Source of the DNA: Desulfobacterales bacterium
Lineage (GTDB): Bacteria > Desulfobacterota > Desulfobacteria > Desulfobacterales > UBA2245
Assembly (NCBI GenBank): GCA_040771865.1
Contig: JAXGZF010000007.1
Location: forward strand, 1 to 64,000
Length of the DNA stretch: 64,000 nt
Reading direction: 5' to 3'
The position numbers and the translations under genes are program-made. The notes beneath the pieces were generated by a model, which did not search any database, was not told the DNA's origin, and saw only the letters and a program-made list of their open reading frames with translations. Positions 37,220 through 48,396 of this stretch are shown here, piece after piece (positions within the stretch are counted from its first letter, which is position 1; every line of letters begins with the position of its first letter).

Positions 37220-37945
37220 TCATTCATCGGCATGAACAAGCCGGGTTCCGACCAACTGACCGCAAACCGCTTTTCGAATATTGCCTTTGGGCTTGAGGTT
37301 CAATACCGCCACTGGAAGCTGATTGTCCATCGCCAAAGATATGGCCGTCATGTCCATCACGTTTAAACGGCGCTCCAGCGCCTCGCGATAGGTAATTTTC
37401 CGGATAAACACGGCATCGGAGTTTTTCATTGGATCCGAGTCGTAAATGCCGTCGACCTTTGTGGCCTTCAGAAGGATCTCCGCCCGGACTTCCTGGGCTC
37501 GAAGCACCGCCGCCGTGTCGGTTGTGAAATACGGGTTGCCGGTGCCGGCGGCAAAAATCACCACCCGTCCTTTTTCCAGGTGCCGAACGGCTCTACGCAG
37601 AATAAAAGGCTCTGCCACCGCGTGCATGGCAATGGCCGACTGAACACGGGTGGGAATGCCCTTCCCTTCTAGGGCGGCCTGAAGCGCAAGGCTGTTGATC
37701 ACCGTGGCCAGCATTCCCATATGATCGGCCGGAACCCGTTCCATGCCAAAGGAAGCGGCGGCAATACCCCTGAAGATATTGCCGCCGCCAACTACGAGCG
37801 CTATCTGAGTTCCCAGCTCGACAACGGATTCCACCTCATCGGCGACATACCGGATCATGTCCGCGCTGATCCCGGAACTCTGGTCCCCCATAAGGGCTTC
37901 GCCGCTGAGCTTCAGCAGAATCCTTGCATACCGGGAAGTGTCCAC
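37220..37945 (-). CDS. pyrH: UMP kinase
   Basis: [26 protein letters not shown]. Confidence 0.97.
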   Translation of the reverse strand: MDTSRYARILLKLSGEALMGDQSSGISADMIRYVADEVESVVELGTQIALVVGGGNIFRGIAAASFGMERVPADHMGMLATVINSLALQAALEGKGIPTRVQSAIAMHAVAEPFILRRAVRHLEKGRVVIFAAGTGNPYFTTDTAAVLRAQEVRAEILLKATKVDGIYDSDPMKNSDAVFIRKITYREALERRLNVMDMTAISLAMDNQLPVAVLNLKPKGNIRKAVCGQLVGTRLVHADE

Positions 37946-37948
37946 GGA

Positions 37949-38545
37949 TCACTCTCCGATCTGAAACCGGACAAACCGCTTGATGACAATGTTTTCCCCG
38001 GTTTTGCCGATCACCTCATTGAGAATGTCGCTGATGGTTACATTGGGATCCCGCACATAGGGCTGGGTCAGCAGGCAGCTGTCCTTGAAGAATTTGGCCA
38101 GCTTCCCCTCAGCGATCTTTTCCGCCATGTTGGCCGGTTTGCCCATTTCCAGAACCTGGGCCCGGTAGATTTCCATTTCCCGGTTGATGAGTTCCGGAGA
38201 AATGTCTTCCTTGGCAATTCCCAGCGGATTGGAGGCCGCAATGTGCATGGCGATGTTTTTGACAAATTCCTTGAAATCATCCGTCTTGGCCACAAAATCG
38301 GTCTCGCAGTTGACCTCCACCAGGACGCCGATCTTGCCGCCCATATGAATATACGATTGAATCACGCCCTGACTCATGGATCTTCCAGCCCGCTTCTGGG
38401 CGGTGGCCAAGCCTTTCTTTCTCAGAAAATCCACGGCCTTTTCCATGTCGCCATCGCTCTGCGCCAGCGCCTGCTTGCAATCCATCATGCCCGCTCCGGT
38501 TTTTTCCCGAAGATCTTTAACCATTCCTGCACTGATCGTCGCCAT
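37949..38545 (-). CDS. tsf: Elongation factor Ts (short form)
   Basis: VKDLREKTGAGMMDCK, EVNCETDFVA. Confidence 0.97.
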   Translation of the reverse strand: MATISAGMVKDLREKTGAGMMDCKQALAQSDGDMEKAVDFLRKKGLATAQKRAGRSMSQGVIQSYIHMGGKIGVLVEVNCETDFVAKTDDFKEFVKNIAMHIAASNPLGIAKEDISPELINREMEIYRAQVLEMGKPANMAEKIAEGKLAKFFKDSCLLTQPYVRDPNVTISDILNEVIGKTGENIVIKRFVRFQIGE

Positions 38546-38559
38546 ACCTTATCTCCTGT

Positions 38560-39447
38560 TTATTCTTCCGCGATGCTTTCCGAGGGTTCAGCCGCCTGAT
38601 CCTGTGCTGCGGCATCGGCACTGGTTCTGCGAATAATTTCAACAACCGGTCCTTGCGAACCATCGGCAATCACCTTTCTTTCACCGGGCCTGAGGTCTTC
38701 GTGCCCTGCGGCCGCCGTCTCATCCTCCTGGGCCTTGTCGCGTTCGGCCTGCTGTTTCTCGGCCAGAAGCTCTCTTCCCTCGATGCAGGCGTCGGCAATT
38801 CTTGAGGTAATCAACCGGATGGCCCGGATGGCGTCATCGTTTCCGGGAATCGGGTAATCGACCTCATCGGGGTCACAGTTGGTATCCACGACCGCAACGA
38901 TGGGAATGTTCAAACGGCGTCCCTCGCGAACGGCAATCGCCTCGTTTTTCGGATCAATGACAAACAGGGCGCCGGGAAGGTTGTTCATCGGGCGGATGCC
39001 CCCCAGGTTCGCGTCCAGCTTCAACCTTTCCTTTTCCAGTTTCAGGCGTTCCTTCTTGGGGAAAAGATTGATGGAGCCGTCGATCTGAATATTATTGAGA
39101 TAGTTGAGACGGTCGATACTCTTTTTGATCGTCTGGAAATTGGTCAGCATACCGCCCAGCCACCGGTTGTGCACATAGTGCATCTCGCACCGGTTGGCCT
39201 CTTCGTAGATGGCATCTTGGGCCTGCTTCTTGGTGCCGACAAACAGAACGGATTTTCCGTTTGCCACGGTATCCACCACAAAATCATACACCGTCTTGAA
39301 CATGCGGACGGTCTTTTGAAGATCGATGATGTAGATGCCGTTTCTCGCCCCGAATATATAGGGCTTCATCTTGGGATTCCAGCGTTTGGTCTGATGACCG
39401 AAATGAACTCCCGCCTCAAGGAGTTCCTTCATCGTGAGGTAGGCCAT
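38560..39447 (-). CDS. rpsB: 30S ribosomal protein S2
   Basis: [35 protein letters not shown]. Confidence 0.98.
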   Translation of the reverse strand: MAYLTMKELLEAGVHFGHQTKRWNPKMKPYIFGARNGIYIIDLQKTVRMFKTVYDFVVDTVANGKSVLFVGTKKQAQDAIYEEANRCEMHYVHNRWLGGMLTNFQTIKKSIDRLNYLNNIQIDGSINLFPKKERLKLEKERLKLDANLGGIRPMNNLPGALFVIDPKNEAIAVREGRRLNIPIVAVVDTNCDPDEVDYPIPGNDDAIRAIRLITSRIADACIEGRELLAEKQQAERDKAQEDETAAAGHEDLRPGERKVIADGSQGPVVEIIRRTSADAAAQDQAAEPSESIAEE

Positions 39448-39461
39448 TTTTTTCTCCTTTT

Positions 39462-39545
39462 CTTAGGTTTTTTCCTCCGCCTTCTTCTCCCCTGCTTCCG
39501 ACTTTAAAAAAAGCACCTGAAAGCAGGTCCGAAGACGTGCGTTAT
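39462..39545 (-). promoter_or_regulatory. Probable rpsB leader (t44/S2 autoregulatory RNA)
   Basis: Directly 5' of rpsB; the minus strand reads ACGCACGTCTTCGGACCTGCTTTCAGGTGC...GTCGGAAGCAGGGGAGAAGAAGGCGGAGAAAAAACC with complementary arms. The family call rests on position and recalled shape. Confidence 0.5.
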
Positions 39546-39562
39546 ATCTAAATTTGCTTTTT

Positions 39563-40504
39563 TTAGCAGATCGTTTTTCGATCCGCAAGATTTTTTTCAA
39601 AATCCGCTGCAGAGAAGGTTTTGACCATTTCCAGAATCCGGTCATGTCCGCCGTAGTCTTTGATGAAACGGACGCCTTCGTATCGCCCGGACCGGCATGC
39701 CAGGTTTTCAACGGTCTCCCTCTGGTCCCAGCCGATTTCCATGAGCAGCACGCCGCCCGGCTTCATGTACCGGTGCGCCTGCGAGATGATGATTGAGACG
39801 GCATCAAGTCCGTCCGGACCGCCATCGAGCGCTCCTGCGGGCTCGTATTGAAAGATTTCTGGCGCCAGGGTCTGAATAATGTGCGTCGGTATATACGGCG
39901 GGTTAGACACAATCATATCGAACTGTTCAAGCGGCCTGAACGGTTCAAACCATCTGCCGCAAAGAAAAGAGACCGAGTCTTCCAGCCCGTGTCTCCGCGC
40001 GTTTTCCGCAGCCACGGCCAAAGCGGCCATGCTGGCGTCCGAGGCAAACAGGCGCTCTCCAGAGAGTTCCGATGCCAGTGCCAGAATGATGGCCCCTGAA
40101 CCGGTTCCAAGGTCCAGAATATTACGCGGCCCGGCTGATTTCCGGACGCCGAGAATTTCGAGAGCCCTCTCCACCAGGCATTCGGTTTCAGGTCGCGGAA
40201 TCAGAACGTCCCCGCTCACCCGAAGATTCAGGGACCAGAAACTCTTTTCACCGATAATGTAAGCCACCGGCTCCCGGCGCAGCCTTCGCTGAACCAGTGC
40301 ATCGAAGCGCCGCAGCTCGTCAGCGGAAAGGATTTGATCATGGCGCAGATACAGATCGATCCGCTCCATGTTCATTATATGAGACAGCAGTATTTCCGCC
40401 GAGGCAGTGGGATTTTCGATCTGGTGGGATTTAAAATACGAAGACGCCCATTTCAGCAGTTCAAGGATGGTCCGCCGTTCGGTGTGATTTTGCCGGTTCC
40501 GCAT
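39563..40504 (-). CDS. prmC: Release factor glutamine methyltransferase
   Basis: [29 protein letters not shown]. Confidence 0.96.
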   Translation of the reverse strand: MRNRQNHTERRTILELLKWASSYFKSHQIENPTASAEILLSHIMNMERIDLYLRHDQILSADELRRFDALVQRRLRREPVAYIIGEKSFWSLNLRVSGDVLIPRPETECLVERALEILGVRKSAGPRNILDLGTGSGAIILALASELSGERLFASDASMAALAVAAENARRHGLEDSVSFLCGRWFEPFRPLEQFDMIVSNPPYIPTHIIQTLAPEIFQYEPAGALDGGPDGLDAVSIIISQAHRYMKPGGVLLMEIGWDQRETVENLACRSGRYEGVRFIKDYGGHDRILEMVKTFSAADFEKNLADRKTIC

Positions 40505-41558
40505 TCTGCAACGCCTGACTTTGATAGAAGGTGATCAGCTCATCGATGATGGCATCGATATCCCCCTGCAAAATGCTCTCCAGCCTGTAAAGGGTCAACC
40601 CGATGCGATGATCGGTTACGCGGCCCTGGGGAAAATTATAGGTACGGATCCGCCCGCTTCGATCGCCCGTGCCGACCTGGATTTTGCGTTCCTGAGACCG
40701 CTTCTCCTGCTGTTCCTGAACCATATGATCCAGAAGCCGCGAACGCAGAACTTTCATCGCCTTGACCCGGTTTTTGATCTGCGATTTTTCATCCTGGCAG
40801 GTCACCACCAGACCGGTGGGCAGATGGGTGATGCGCACCGCCGAATCCGTGGTGTTCACATGCTGCCCGCCGGGTCCTGTCGAACGGTACACATCCACCT
40901 TGAGCTCGCCCGGGTCGATGTGAAGTTCGATCTCCTCGGCCTCAGGCAGAACGGCTACCGTTACCGCAGAGGTATGAATCCGGCCCTGGGTTTCTGTCGT
41001 TGGGACACGCTGAACCCGGTGAATGCCGCTTTCATACTTCAAACGGCTGTAAACCCCGCGGCCCTGGACCATCGCGATCACTTCCTTGACCCCCCCCACG
41101 CCGGCTGGATGGAGGCTCATGATCTCAACCTTCCAGCCCCTGTTTTCCGCATACCGGCTGTACATCTTAAACAGATCGGCAGCAAAGAGGCCTGCTTCAT
41201 CTCCGCCGGTTCCGGCACGGATTTCCAGAAGCACGTTTTTCTCGTCATTCGGATCTCTGGGCATGAGGAGCTTTCTCAGCTGGACTTCGAGATCCTTCTT
41301 TTTCCGAGTCAAGGCTTCCACTTCCGTACGCGCCAGATTTTTGATGGCCGGATCTGAATCATCAAGCAGCTGGGCGCTGTCATCCAGGTCCCGAAGGATC
41401 TGCTGATAGGCGCGAAAGGTCTCAACCACAGGGCTGAGTTCGGAATGTTCCCGAACGCACTTCTGGTAGACTTCCCGATTCTGAACGGTTTCGGGATTGC
41501 TCAACCGCCGTTCGAGTTCGAGAAACCGTTCTTCAACTCCCTTGAGTCTACCAAACAT
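40461..41558 (-). CDS. prfA: Peptide chain release factor 1
   Basis: [21 protein letters not shown] (PxT), GPGGQ, RTYNFPQ. Confidence 0.98.
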   Translation of the reverse strand: MFGRLKGVEERFLELERRLSNPETVQNREVYQKCVREHSELSPVVETFRAYQQILRDLDDSAQLLDDSDPAIKNLARTEVEALTRKKKDLEVQLRKLLMPRDPNDEKNVLLEIRAGTGGDEAGLFAADLFKMYSRYAENRGWKVEIMSLHPAGVGGVKEVIAMVQGRGVYSRLKYESGIHRVQRVPTTETQGRIHTSAVTVAVLPEAEEIELHIDPGELKVDVYRSTGPGGQHVNTTDSAVRITHLPTGLVVTCQDEKSQIKNRVKAMKVLRSRLLDHMVQEQQEKRSQERKIQVGTGDRSGRIRTYNFPQGRVTDHRIGLTLYRLESILQGDIDAIIDELITFYQSQALQNAEPAKSHRTADHP

Positions 41559-41666
41559 GTTTGCTTATCTTCCACCCCCGCCGCCTGACGTCAGAATATA
41601 CCGTGCCTGAGGACAGGCCCTGCCCCATTTTTCAGACCGTATTGGCTGCGGGAAATAACCCGGCAA

Positions 41667-41888
41667 TTATTTTTCGGCCTGAGCGTTGTTGAATTTTTCA
41701 TATTTGCGACGGAACCGCTCGATGCGGCCCGCCGTATCGATGAGCTTCTGCTTTCCGGTAAAAAAAGGATGGCAACTGGAACAAATTTCCACGCTGATAT
41801 CCGCCTTGGTGGAACCCACCTTGAGTTCATTGCCGCAGGCGCAACGAATCGTTGCCTCGTAACATTCCGGATGAATATCTTTTTTCAT
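41667..41888 (-). CDS. rpmE: 50S ribosomal protein L31 (Zn-binding type)
   Basis: [29 protein letters not shown]. Confidence 0.97.
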   Translation of the reverse strand: MKKDIHPECYEATIRCACGNELKVGSTKADISVEICSSCHPFFTGKQKLIDTAGRIERFRRKYEKFNNAQAEK

Positions 41889-41906
41889 TTTTTGATCGCT
41901 CCTGTT

Positions 41907-43154
41907 TTATGCATTCATGGAATTCAAAAAGTCTTTATTGTTTTTTGTCCCGCTGATCTTTTCAAGCAAAAATTCTAAACTGTCAACCGGATTTAATGTG
42001 GCGAGCAGTTTTCGAAGAATCCAGACCCGGTTCAATGTCTCGGAATTCAGAAGCAGCTCTTCTTTGCGCGTGCCGGATTTCTTGATGTCAATGGCCGGAA
42101 AAATGCGCTTGTCGGCAAGCCTGCGATCCAGATGAATCTCCATATTTCCCGTTCCCTTGAATTCTTCAAAAATAACCTCATCCATCCGGCTTCCGGTGTC
42201 CACAAGGGCTGTGGCGATAATCGTCAGACTCCCGCCGTCCTCGATATTCCGGGCCGCTCCGAAAAATCGTTTGGGTCGCTGCAATGCGTTGGAGTCCACA
42301 CCTCCGGAAAGAATCTTTCCGCTGGGGGGCATCACCGAGTTGTAAGCCCGGGCCAGACGGGTAATGCTGTCCAGAAGAATAATCACGTTCTTTTTGTGTT
42401 CAACCAGCCGTTTGGCTTTTTCGATCACCATCTCGGCCACCTGAACATGCCGCTCGGCAGGTTCATCAAAAGTCGAACTGATCACCTCTCCCCGGACTGA
42501 ACGTTCCATGTCCGTCACTTCCTCCGGCCTCTCATCGATCAGCAGCACAAAAAGCATCGCATCCTTGTGATTGATCGAAATGCTGTTGGCAATCTGCTGC
42601 AGGAGCATGGTCTTGCCGGAGCGGGGCGGTGAAACGATCAGTCCTCGCTGCCCGAATCCGATGGGGGTCAGCAGGTCCATGATGCGCGTGGAATAATTTT
42701 CAGGATCATGTTCCAGCTGGATTTTTACCTGGGGATAAAGCGGCGTGAGATTGTCGAAAAGAATCTTTTCCCGCGCGACCTCGGGATCCTCATAATTGAC
42801 GGCCTCGACTTTAAGCAGCGCGAAATATCGCTCCGTCTCTTTGGGCTGACGGATCTGACCAGAGACCGTATCGCCGGTTCTCAGGTTAAACCGGCGTATC
42901 TGCGAGGGGGACACGTAAATATCATCGGGCCCAGGAAGATAATTATAATCGGGGGCTCTGAGGAATCCAAACCCGTCCGGCAATATTTCCAGGGTGCCCT
43001 CCCCGTAAATCATGCCGTCCTTTTCCATCTGGGCTTGAAGCAAAGCGAAAATCAGCTCCTGTTTGCGCATGCCCGCAGCACCATCGATCTGGAACTGCCT
43101 GGCCAGGCGCGTCAGTTCGCTGATCTTTTTTTCTTTGAGTTCGACGATATTCAT
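41907..43154 (-). CDS. rho: Transcription termination factor Rho
   Basis: [39 protein letters not shown]. Confidence 0.98.
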   Translation of the reverse strand: MNIVELKEKKISELTRLARQFQIDGAAGMRKQELIFALLQAQMEKDGMIYGEGTLEILPDGFGFLRAPDYNYLPGPDDIYVSPSQIRRFNLRTGDTVSGQIRQPKETERYFALLKVEAVNYEDPEVAREKILFDNLTPLYPQVKIQLEHDPENYSTRIMDLLTPIGFGQRGLIVSPPRSGKTMLLQQIANSISINHKDAMLFVLLIDERPEEVTDMERSVRGEVISSTFDEPAERHVQVAEMVIEKAKRLVEHKKNVIILLDSITRLARAYNSVMPPSGKILSGGVDSNALQRPKRFFGAARNIEDGGSLTIIATALVDTGSRMDEVIFEEFKGTGNMEIHLDRRLADKRIFPAIDIKKSGTRKEELLLNSETLNRVWILRKLLATLNPVDSLEFLLEKISGTKNNKDFLNSMNA

Positions 43155-43565
43155 TCCAAACTTACCCTTCCAACCAATTTATTTTATTCCCTGACGGCCT
43201 TCAAACGGCCGCATTTAATTCAGACCTGAAGGTCGCCCCTGCAGGCTCATTGCGGAAAGCACCGAAATAATCAAAAAAGCCCGCCAATGCACAAACTGAT
43301 CGTCCCGGCAACCTTGACGTGAACACCGGGATGGAGAACCACCGAAGTTTATATATCTAAGACCCCGCTTGTCACAAAATTCAACTATTGCGCACCCTGA
43401 CCGGTAATCTTCGGATATGACTCTGATTCGATTTTCTGGGAAAATGCGTGCATGTGATTTACACAAGGAGAGTCAAAACAGATGCCCCTCCGGCAGGCGG
43501 GTGTTGAGCCTTTATTGATTCCTTTAACCAGTTGAGGTGCTTATACGATGAGCATTTTACGCCTG

Positions 43566-44198
43566 TCAAGCGCTTTCGGTTGTTTTTGTTTTTTTTTGAC
43601 AAAACTTTTTATACATTTCATCCACGGCCCGGATCAAATCCTCGATCGAGCCGTTGTTTTCAATTAAAAACATGGCCTTACGGCGCTTCTGGGCATCCGG
43701 CATCTGAGTGTCTGCCAAGGCCCGGGCCTGATCAAGGGAGATATGGTCCCGGGCCGCCAGCCGCTGAAGCTGGGCCTCGGACGAAACGCTGACAACGATG
43801 ACCCCGTCGAACCGGCTCTCCAGCCCCAGCTCAAACAGCAGAGGAACCTCAACAACGATCATTTCCTTTCCCGCCGCCTCGGCCTGTACCATACGCGCCT
43901 GCATGAGCCGGATGATTTCCGGATGAACAATGCCGTTTAAAACACTTCTGGCGCTCTCGTCCGAAACGATCTTCCGGCGAAGCCGTCCTCGGTCCAGCGT
44001 GCCGTCAGCGCAAGTCACGGATTTGCCGAAATATGCGATAATATTTCGATAGGCGTAAGAACCTGGGGCAACCACCTCGCGGGCCAGTTCGTCGCAGTCG
44101 ATCACAGCGGCCCCCAGCTCCCTGAACCGTTTGCATACCAGACTCTTGCCAGAGCCGGCGCCGCCCGTGACTGCAATCCTGATTGCGGAATCGTTCAT
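43566..44198 (-). CDS. coaE: Dephospho-CoA kinase
   Basis: AVTGGAGSGKS, LDRGRL, VHPEI, EVPLLFE; the start is 44198 or 44210. Confidence 0.94.
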   Translation of the reverse strand: MNDSAIRIAVTGGAGSGKSLVCKRFRELGAAVIDCDELAREVVAPGSYAYRNIIAYFGKSVTCADGTLDRGRLRRKIVSDESARSVLNGIVHPEIIRLMQARMVQAEAAGKEMIVVEVPLLFELGLESRFDGVIVVSVSSEAQLQRLAARDHISLDQARALADTQMPDAQKRRKAMFLIENNGSIEDLIRAVDEMYKKFCQKKTKTTESA

Positions 44199-44362
44199 CA
44201 ATCTAACCATCCCTTTATTATATATTATGGAACCGCGCCGTTTCAGAGGACCTGAGGATAATAACGGCCCATATTTTCCGAGCCGTTCATGGACGCACGA
44301 TCGGGAAAATGATATAGTGAACCCTGACTTGCGTGTCAAGGCGATAAAAACACGGAGATTCG

Positions 44363-45739
44363 ATGCATCCGTTTTTTTCAGAAATTCTGCCGGCGGAGTC
44401 CGGCATCTATATTGTCGGCGGATCGGTTCGGGATCTGCTGCTCGGCCGATGCCCCGTGGACTGTGATATCGTCGTTGATGGCGATCCCATGATCCTTGCC
44501 CGAAAACTTGCCACCAAAACTTCAGGTCATGTCGTCCAGATCGGCGCGCCTGGAAAGCGAATCACCCGGGTGACGGCCGGAAGCGCGGTCTTCGAAATCG
44601 CACCGGTCGCCGGGCAAAACATCGAGGCCGATCTGCTCAGAAGAGACTTCACCATCAATGCCTTGGCCTATGAAACGTCCTCCAATCAAATTATCGATCC
44701 GACGGAAGGGCGAAAGGATCTGGCTGAAAAAACCGTGCGCATGGTCAGCGAACACGCGTTTATGGAAGATCCGGTCCGGCTGATTCGGACATTTCGCATT
44801 GCGGCGGTCCTGAATTTTAAGATCGATCCCCAAACCCTGAATGCGGTCAAAAGTCATGCAAAACGGATGATCGCATCTCCCGGAGAACGCATTCGACCGG
44901 AACTGCTCAAAATTCTTGAAACTGCAAATTCCTGTCCTTACCTGCTTCAGATGGCCGACACCGGCCTGCTGCAGACGGTTTTCCCCGAGATGGAACCCAT
45001 GATGGAATGCAGCCAGAACCATCGACACATCCATAACGTCTTCCATCACACCATAGATGCGTATCGCAAGCTGGAGGACCTTTTCAACCATCCCGAATCT
45101 CTGATCCCGCCGGAACTGATTGATACGGCCCTTCAGCAGGTTGACCGGCCCCTGCTCAAACTCGCCATTCTGCTTCATGACATTGGAAAGCCCTGTACGC
45201 GGACGGTGGACTCGAAAGGAACGATTCATTTTTACGGCCACGAAAAGGCCGGCTCCGTTCTGTTCAAAAAAATCGCCCGAAGATTAACCCTCTCCAATAA
45301 AGAGGCCGATTACATCAACCGGATCATTGAAAATCACCTTCGTCCCCTGCACCTGTTTACCGCCTCCCGGCGTCAGCCGCTTTCCCGGCGCAGCCGGGTG
45401 CGGTTTTTCATGAGATGTAAGGACCTCTGTCCGGCCCTTCTGGTCCATGCGGTGGCCGATTCCCGCGCAAAAACCATTCCGGACGCCTCCCGGCCCTTCG
45501 CTGAGTTTGCCGCCGGACTGTTGAATGATTTTTTCCTTCAATTCATGCCTGAATCCGAGAAACCGCCCCTGATTACCGGCCGCGACCTGATTCAGGAACT
45601 GGGTCTGACACCCTCGCCCTTGTTTAAAAAGATTCTGCTCGCCGTCGAAGAAGCGCGGCTGGTTCAAAGAAGCCTGACCCGCGAACAGGCCATGCAGGTG
45701 GCCAAAAACCTGTCAAACGGGATCTCCGAGCCATATTGA
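44363..45739 (+). CDS. Class II tRNA nucleotidyltransferase with HD domain (possibly CC-adding)
   Basis: VGGSVRDLLLG..PVDCD, DLLRRDFTINAL, EDPVRLIR, LLHDIGK. Confidence 0.88.
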   Translation: MHPFFSEILPAESGIYIVGGSVRDLLLGRCPVDCDIVVDGDPMILARKLATKTSGHVVQIGAPGKRITRVTAGSAVFEIAPVAGQNIEADLLRRDFTINALAYETSSNQIIDPTEGRKDLAEKTVRMVSEHAFMEDPVRLIRTFRIAAVLNFKIDPQTLNAVKSHAKRMIASPGERIRPELLKILETANSCPYLLQMADTGLLQTVFPEMEPMMECSQNHRHIHNVFHHTIDAYRKLEDLFNHPESLIPPELIDTALQQVDRPLLKLAILLHDIGKPCTRTVDSKGTIHFYGHEKAGSVLFKKIARRLTLSNKEADYINRIIENHLRPLHLFTASRRQPLSRRSRVRFFMRCKDLCPALLVHAVADSRAKTIPDASRPFAEFAAGLLNDFFLQFMPESEKPPLITGRDLIQELGLTPSPLFKKILLAVEEARLVQRSLTREQAMQVAKNLSNGISEPY

Positions 45740-45915
45740 CAACCTGTGGGAATTATTCTAAAGAGGCCTTGATGCCGCGTTCAACCCGGCAAATCTTCAA
45801 ATCAATTCGAAGACGGGTCATGCGGGTATCGCAATTCACCGTCAGGGACCGTGTTTTGCATCATTCGGCACACCATCTTTGAAGGCATTTGAAATCACAG
45901 AAAGGAAAACGGCAG

Positions 45916-46590
45916 ATGAACATCCTGTTTTTCGGCCCCAACGGCAGCGGCAAGGGAACCCAGGGCGCTATTCTGAAGGACAAATACAGCATTCCCCACA
46001 TCGAATCCGGCGCCATTTTCCGTGAAAATATCGTGAACGGCACCGCCTTGGGCGCCAGCGCCAAACAATTCATCGACCGCGGCGAACTGGTCCCCGACAG
46101 CATCACGATTCCCATGATTCTCGACCGGCTTCAGGAAAATGACTGCAAAAAGGGATGGCTTCTGGACGGTTTTCCAAGAAATCGAAACCAGGCAATCGAG
46201 CTTCACAAGGCTCTGATTCAAGCAGGCATCAGAATCGACATCGTGGTGGAGATTTTCCTGGACCGGGAAATCGCCAAAAACCGGATCATGGGAAGAAGAT
46301 TGTGCGTCAACGACGCCAATCATCCGAACAACATCTTCATAGACGCCATCAAGCCGGCCGGTGACAAATGCCGGGTATGCGGCGGAAACCTGAAAACACG
46401 TTCGGACGATCAGGATGAATCGGCCATCAACAAACGCCATGACATCTATTACGACGCCAAAGAGGGAACGCTTGCGGCCGCCTGTTATTTTAAGGACATC
46501 GCGCAGAAGGACGGAGGCATTCAATACATCACGCTTGACGGCCGACCCGGCGTCAAGGAGGTGACTGAAAACCTGATCGCCCGGTTATGA
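45916..46590 (+). CDS. adk: Adenylate kinase
   Basis: FGPNGSGKGTQ, GELVPD, WLLDGFPRN, R.DD. Confidence 0.96.
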   Translation: MNILFFGPNGSGKGTQGAILKDKYSIPHIESGAIFRENIVNGTALGASAKQFIDRGELVPDSITIPMILDRLQENDCKKGWLLDGFPRNRNQAIELHKALIQAGIRIDIVVEIFLDREIAKNRIMGRRLCVNDANHPNNIFIDAIKPAGDKCRVCGGNLKTRSDDQDESAINKRHDIYYDAKEGTLAAACYFKDIAQKDGGIQYITLDGRPGVKEVTENLIARL

Positions 46591-46840
46591 TTCCGGAATT
46601 TTTGAATAAATTATGGACGGGATTTCTGGGTTCCAGTTCCCTTCGCGCTCAGATTTCTTCGGGACAGGTCAATTGGCAATACCGTTGAACACCGAATTGC
46701 CGAAACCAAATTATTTGCTTGCAAAACCTTGATTTCTTGTTTATAAAATTTGAATCTATTGATTTGAATTCGAGATTGAATACCCATTGGAAATATTCAA
46801 ATCCGCAGTATTTTCAATGGAATGAAAGGGGCGAAGATTA

Positions 46841-47047
46841 TTGAAGGCGATTGAAGTCAGAGTGTATGATAACGACCTTGAAAAGGCCATGCGGATTTTG
46901 AAAAAGAAAATTCAAAACGACGGGCTGTTTAAGCGGCTGAAGCTTAAAAAAAGCTATGAAAAACCGAGCGAATTCAAACGCAGAAAACAGCGCGAGGCCT
47001 TGAGAAGACAAAGAATTGCCGCTTCAAGACGGTACCGAATGCGATAA
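46841..47047 (+). CDS. rpsU: 30S ribosomal protein S21
   Basis: EKAMRILKKK...YEKPSE.KRRK; TTG start. Confidence 0.93.
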   Translation: MKAIEVRVYDNDLEKAMRILKKKIQNDGLFKRLKLKKSYEKPSEFKRRKQREALRRQRIAASRRYRMR

Positions 47048-47068
47048 GGATTCAACAATCCAGCCATC

Positions 47069-47100
47069 AACCCGGCAATTGAGATATTGCCGGGTTTTTT
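47069..47100 (+). terminator. Rho-independent terminator after rpsU
   Basis: AACCCGGCAAT-6 nt-ATTGCCGGGTT followed by a T run. Confidence 0.85.
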
Positions 47101-47106
47101 ATATCC

Positions 47107-48393
47107 ATGCAAAGCGCTTACGAAACCTGTTTGAACAAGCTGTTCGGTTTAAGAAGGTTCGGCATCAAACCGGGACTTGCCAGAATCCGTGAAATGCTCG
47201 CGCATATCGGAAACCCCCAGCAGGCGTTCTCCTGCATCCATGTGGCCGGCACCAACGGCAAAGGCTCGATCGCCTCGGCCCTGGCCCGAATCCTTTACGA
47301 GGCCGGATACAGGGTCGGCCTGTACACCTCTCCGCACCTGATCCGCTTCAACGAGCGGATTCAAGTCAACGGAGAACCGGTATCCGACGACACGGTTCTT
47401 GAAGCCTTCAGAGCGGTTTCCGGCAGTGCGCCGCCGCAGGCCACCTTTTTCGAATACGCAACGGCCATGGCCTTTTACGTCTTCTCGCAAAGCCGCGTTC
47501 AATGGGCCGTCGTTGAAACCGGCCTCGGAGGGCGGCTGGATGCCACCAACATTCTGTCTCCGGCGCTCTGCATCATCTCCAACATCGCCATGGAACATCA
47601 GGCCTATCTGGGGCGAACCATTTCACAGATCGCCTCGGAAAAAGCCGGCATCATCAAGGCGCGCACCACCGTGATCACCGGCGCCAGACAGGCGGCGGCG
47701 ATCCGCGTCATGGAAAATGCAGCCGCCGAAAAATCCGCGCCGTTTTACCGGTTCGGCCGCGACTTCCGGGTCAGAAGAAAAAATGGCGGCCGCTTTACCT
47801 ATCTGGGCATTCAAACCGTCTGGCCGGACATGCAAACCTCACTGATCGGAGAGCATCAGGTGGACAATGCTGCGGTTACTCTGGCCGCCTGCGAGGTTCT
47901 GACCCTGAACGGCACCGGACTGGACATCACGTGCATTCGAAAGGGCCTTTCCGAAAACATCTGGCCCGGGCGCCTGGAAATGGTTTCGAACCGGCCGATG
48001 GTGATCCTGGACGGGGCCCACAATCTGTCGGCTTCCAGAAAACTGGCCCGGTATCTGTCCACCGCTCAGGCCGGAAAAAACATCACCCTGGTCATCGGCA
48101 TTCTGAACGACAAGCCTTATGCGGCCATGCTCCGCAACCTGCTTCCCCTGTGCCGCAAGGTCATTCTCACCCGGCCGGTCATCGACCGGGCACTGGATAC
48201 TGAAAAACTGCATCAGGTTGTCAGGAATTATCCGGTTGAGGCGTCCGTCATTCCGGATGTGGCCAAGGCCGTGCAAACCGCGATCAGTACCGCCGAATTA
48301 TCGGACGTCGTATGCATCGCCGGGTCGCTTTACGTGGTGGGAGAAGCCAGGGCTTATTTTCTGGGCTGCCGGGATCGCATTCGGCCGGTATGA
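47107..48393 (+). CDS. folC: Folylpolyglutamate synthase/dihydrofolate synthase
   Basis: HVAGTNGKGS, YTSPHL, ETGLGGRLDATN, WPGRLE, LDGAHN. Confidence 0.96.
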   Translation: MQSAYETCLNKLFGLRRFGIKPGLARIREMLAHIGNPQQAFSCIHVAGTNGKGSIASALARILYEAGYRVGLYTSPHLIRFNERIQVNGEPVSDDTVLEAFRAVSGSAPPQATFFEYATAMAFYVFSQSRVQWAVVETGLGGRLDATNILSPALCIISNIAMEHQAYLGRTISQIASEKAGIIKARTTVITGARQAAAIRVMENAAAEKSAPFYRFGRDFRVRRKNGGRFTYLGIQTVWPDMQTSLIGEHQVDNAAVTLAACEVLTLNGTGLDITCIRKGLSENIWPGRLEMVSNRPMVILDGAHNLSASRKLARYLSTAQAGKNITLVIGILNDKPYAAMLRNLLPLCRKVILTRPVIDRALDTEKLHQVVRNYPVEASVIPDVAKAVQTAISTAELSDVVCIAGSLYVVGEARAYFLGCRDRIRPV

Positions 48394-48396
48394 ATT

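Noticed and set aside
37949..38545. EF-Ts looks truncated (198 aa)
   Set aside because: The short form is a normal variant in several lineages; motifs and operon position are intact.
43155..43565. Long non-coding stretch upstream of rho as a novel ncRNA
   Set aside because: Long rho leaders are expected from autoregulation; no distinctive structure was seen.
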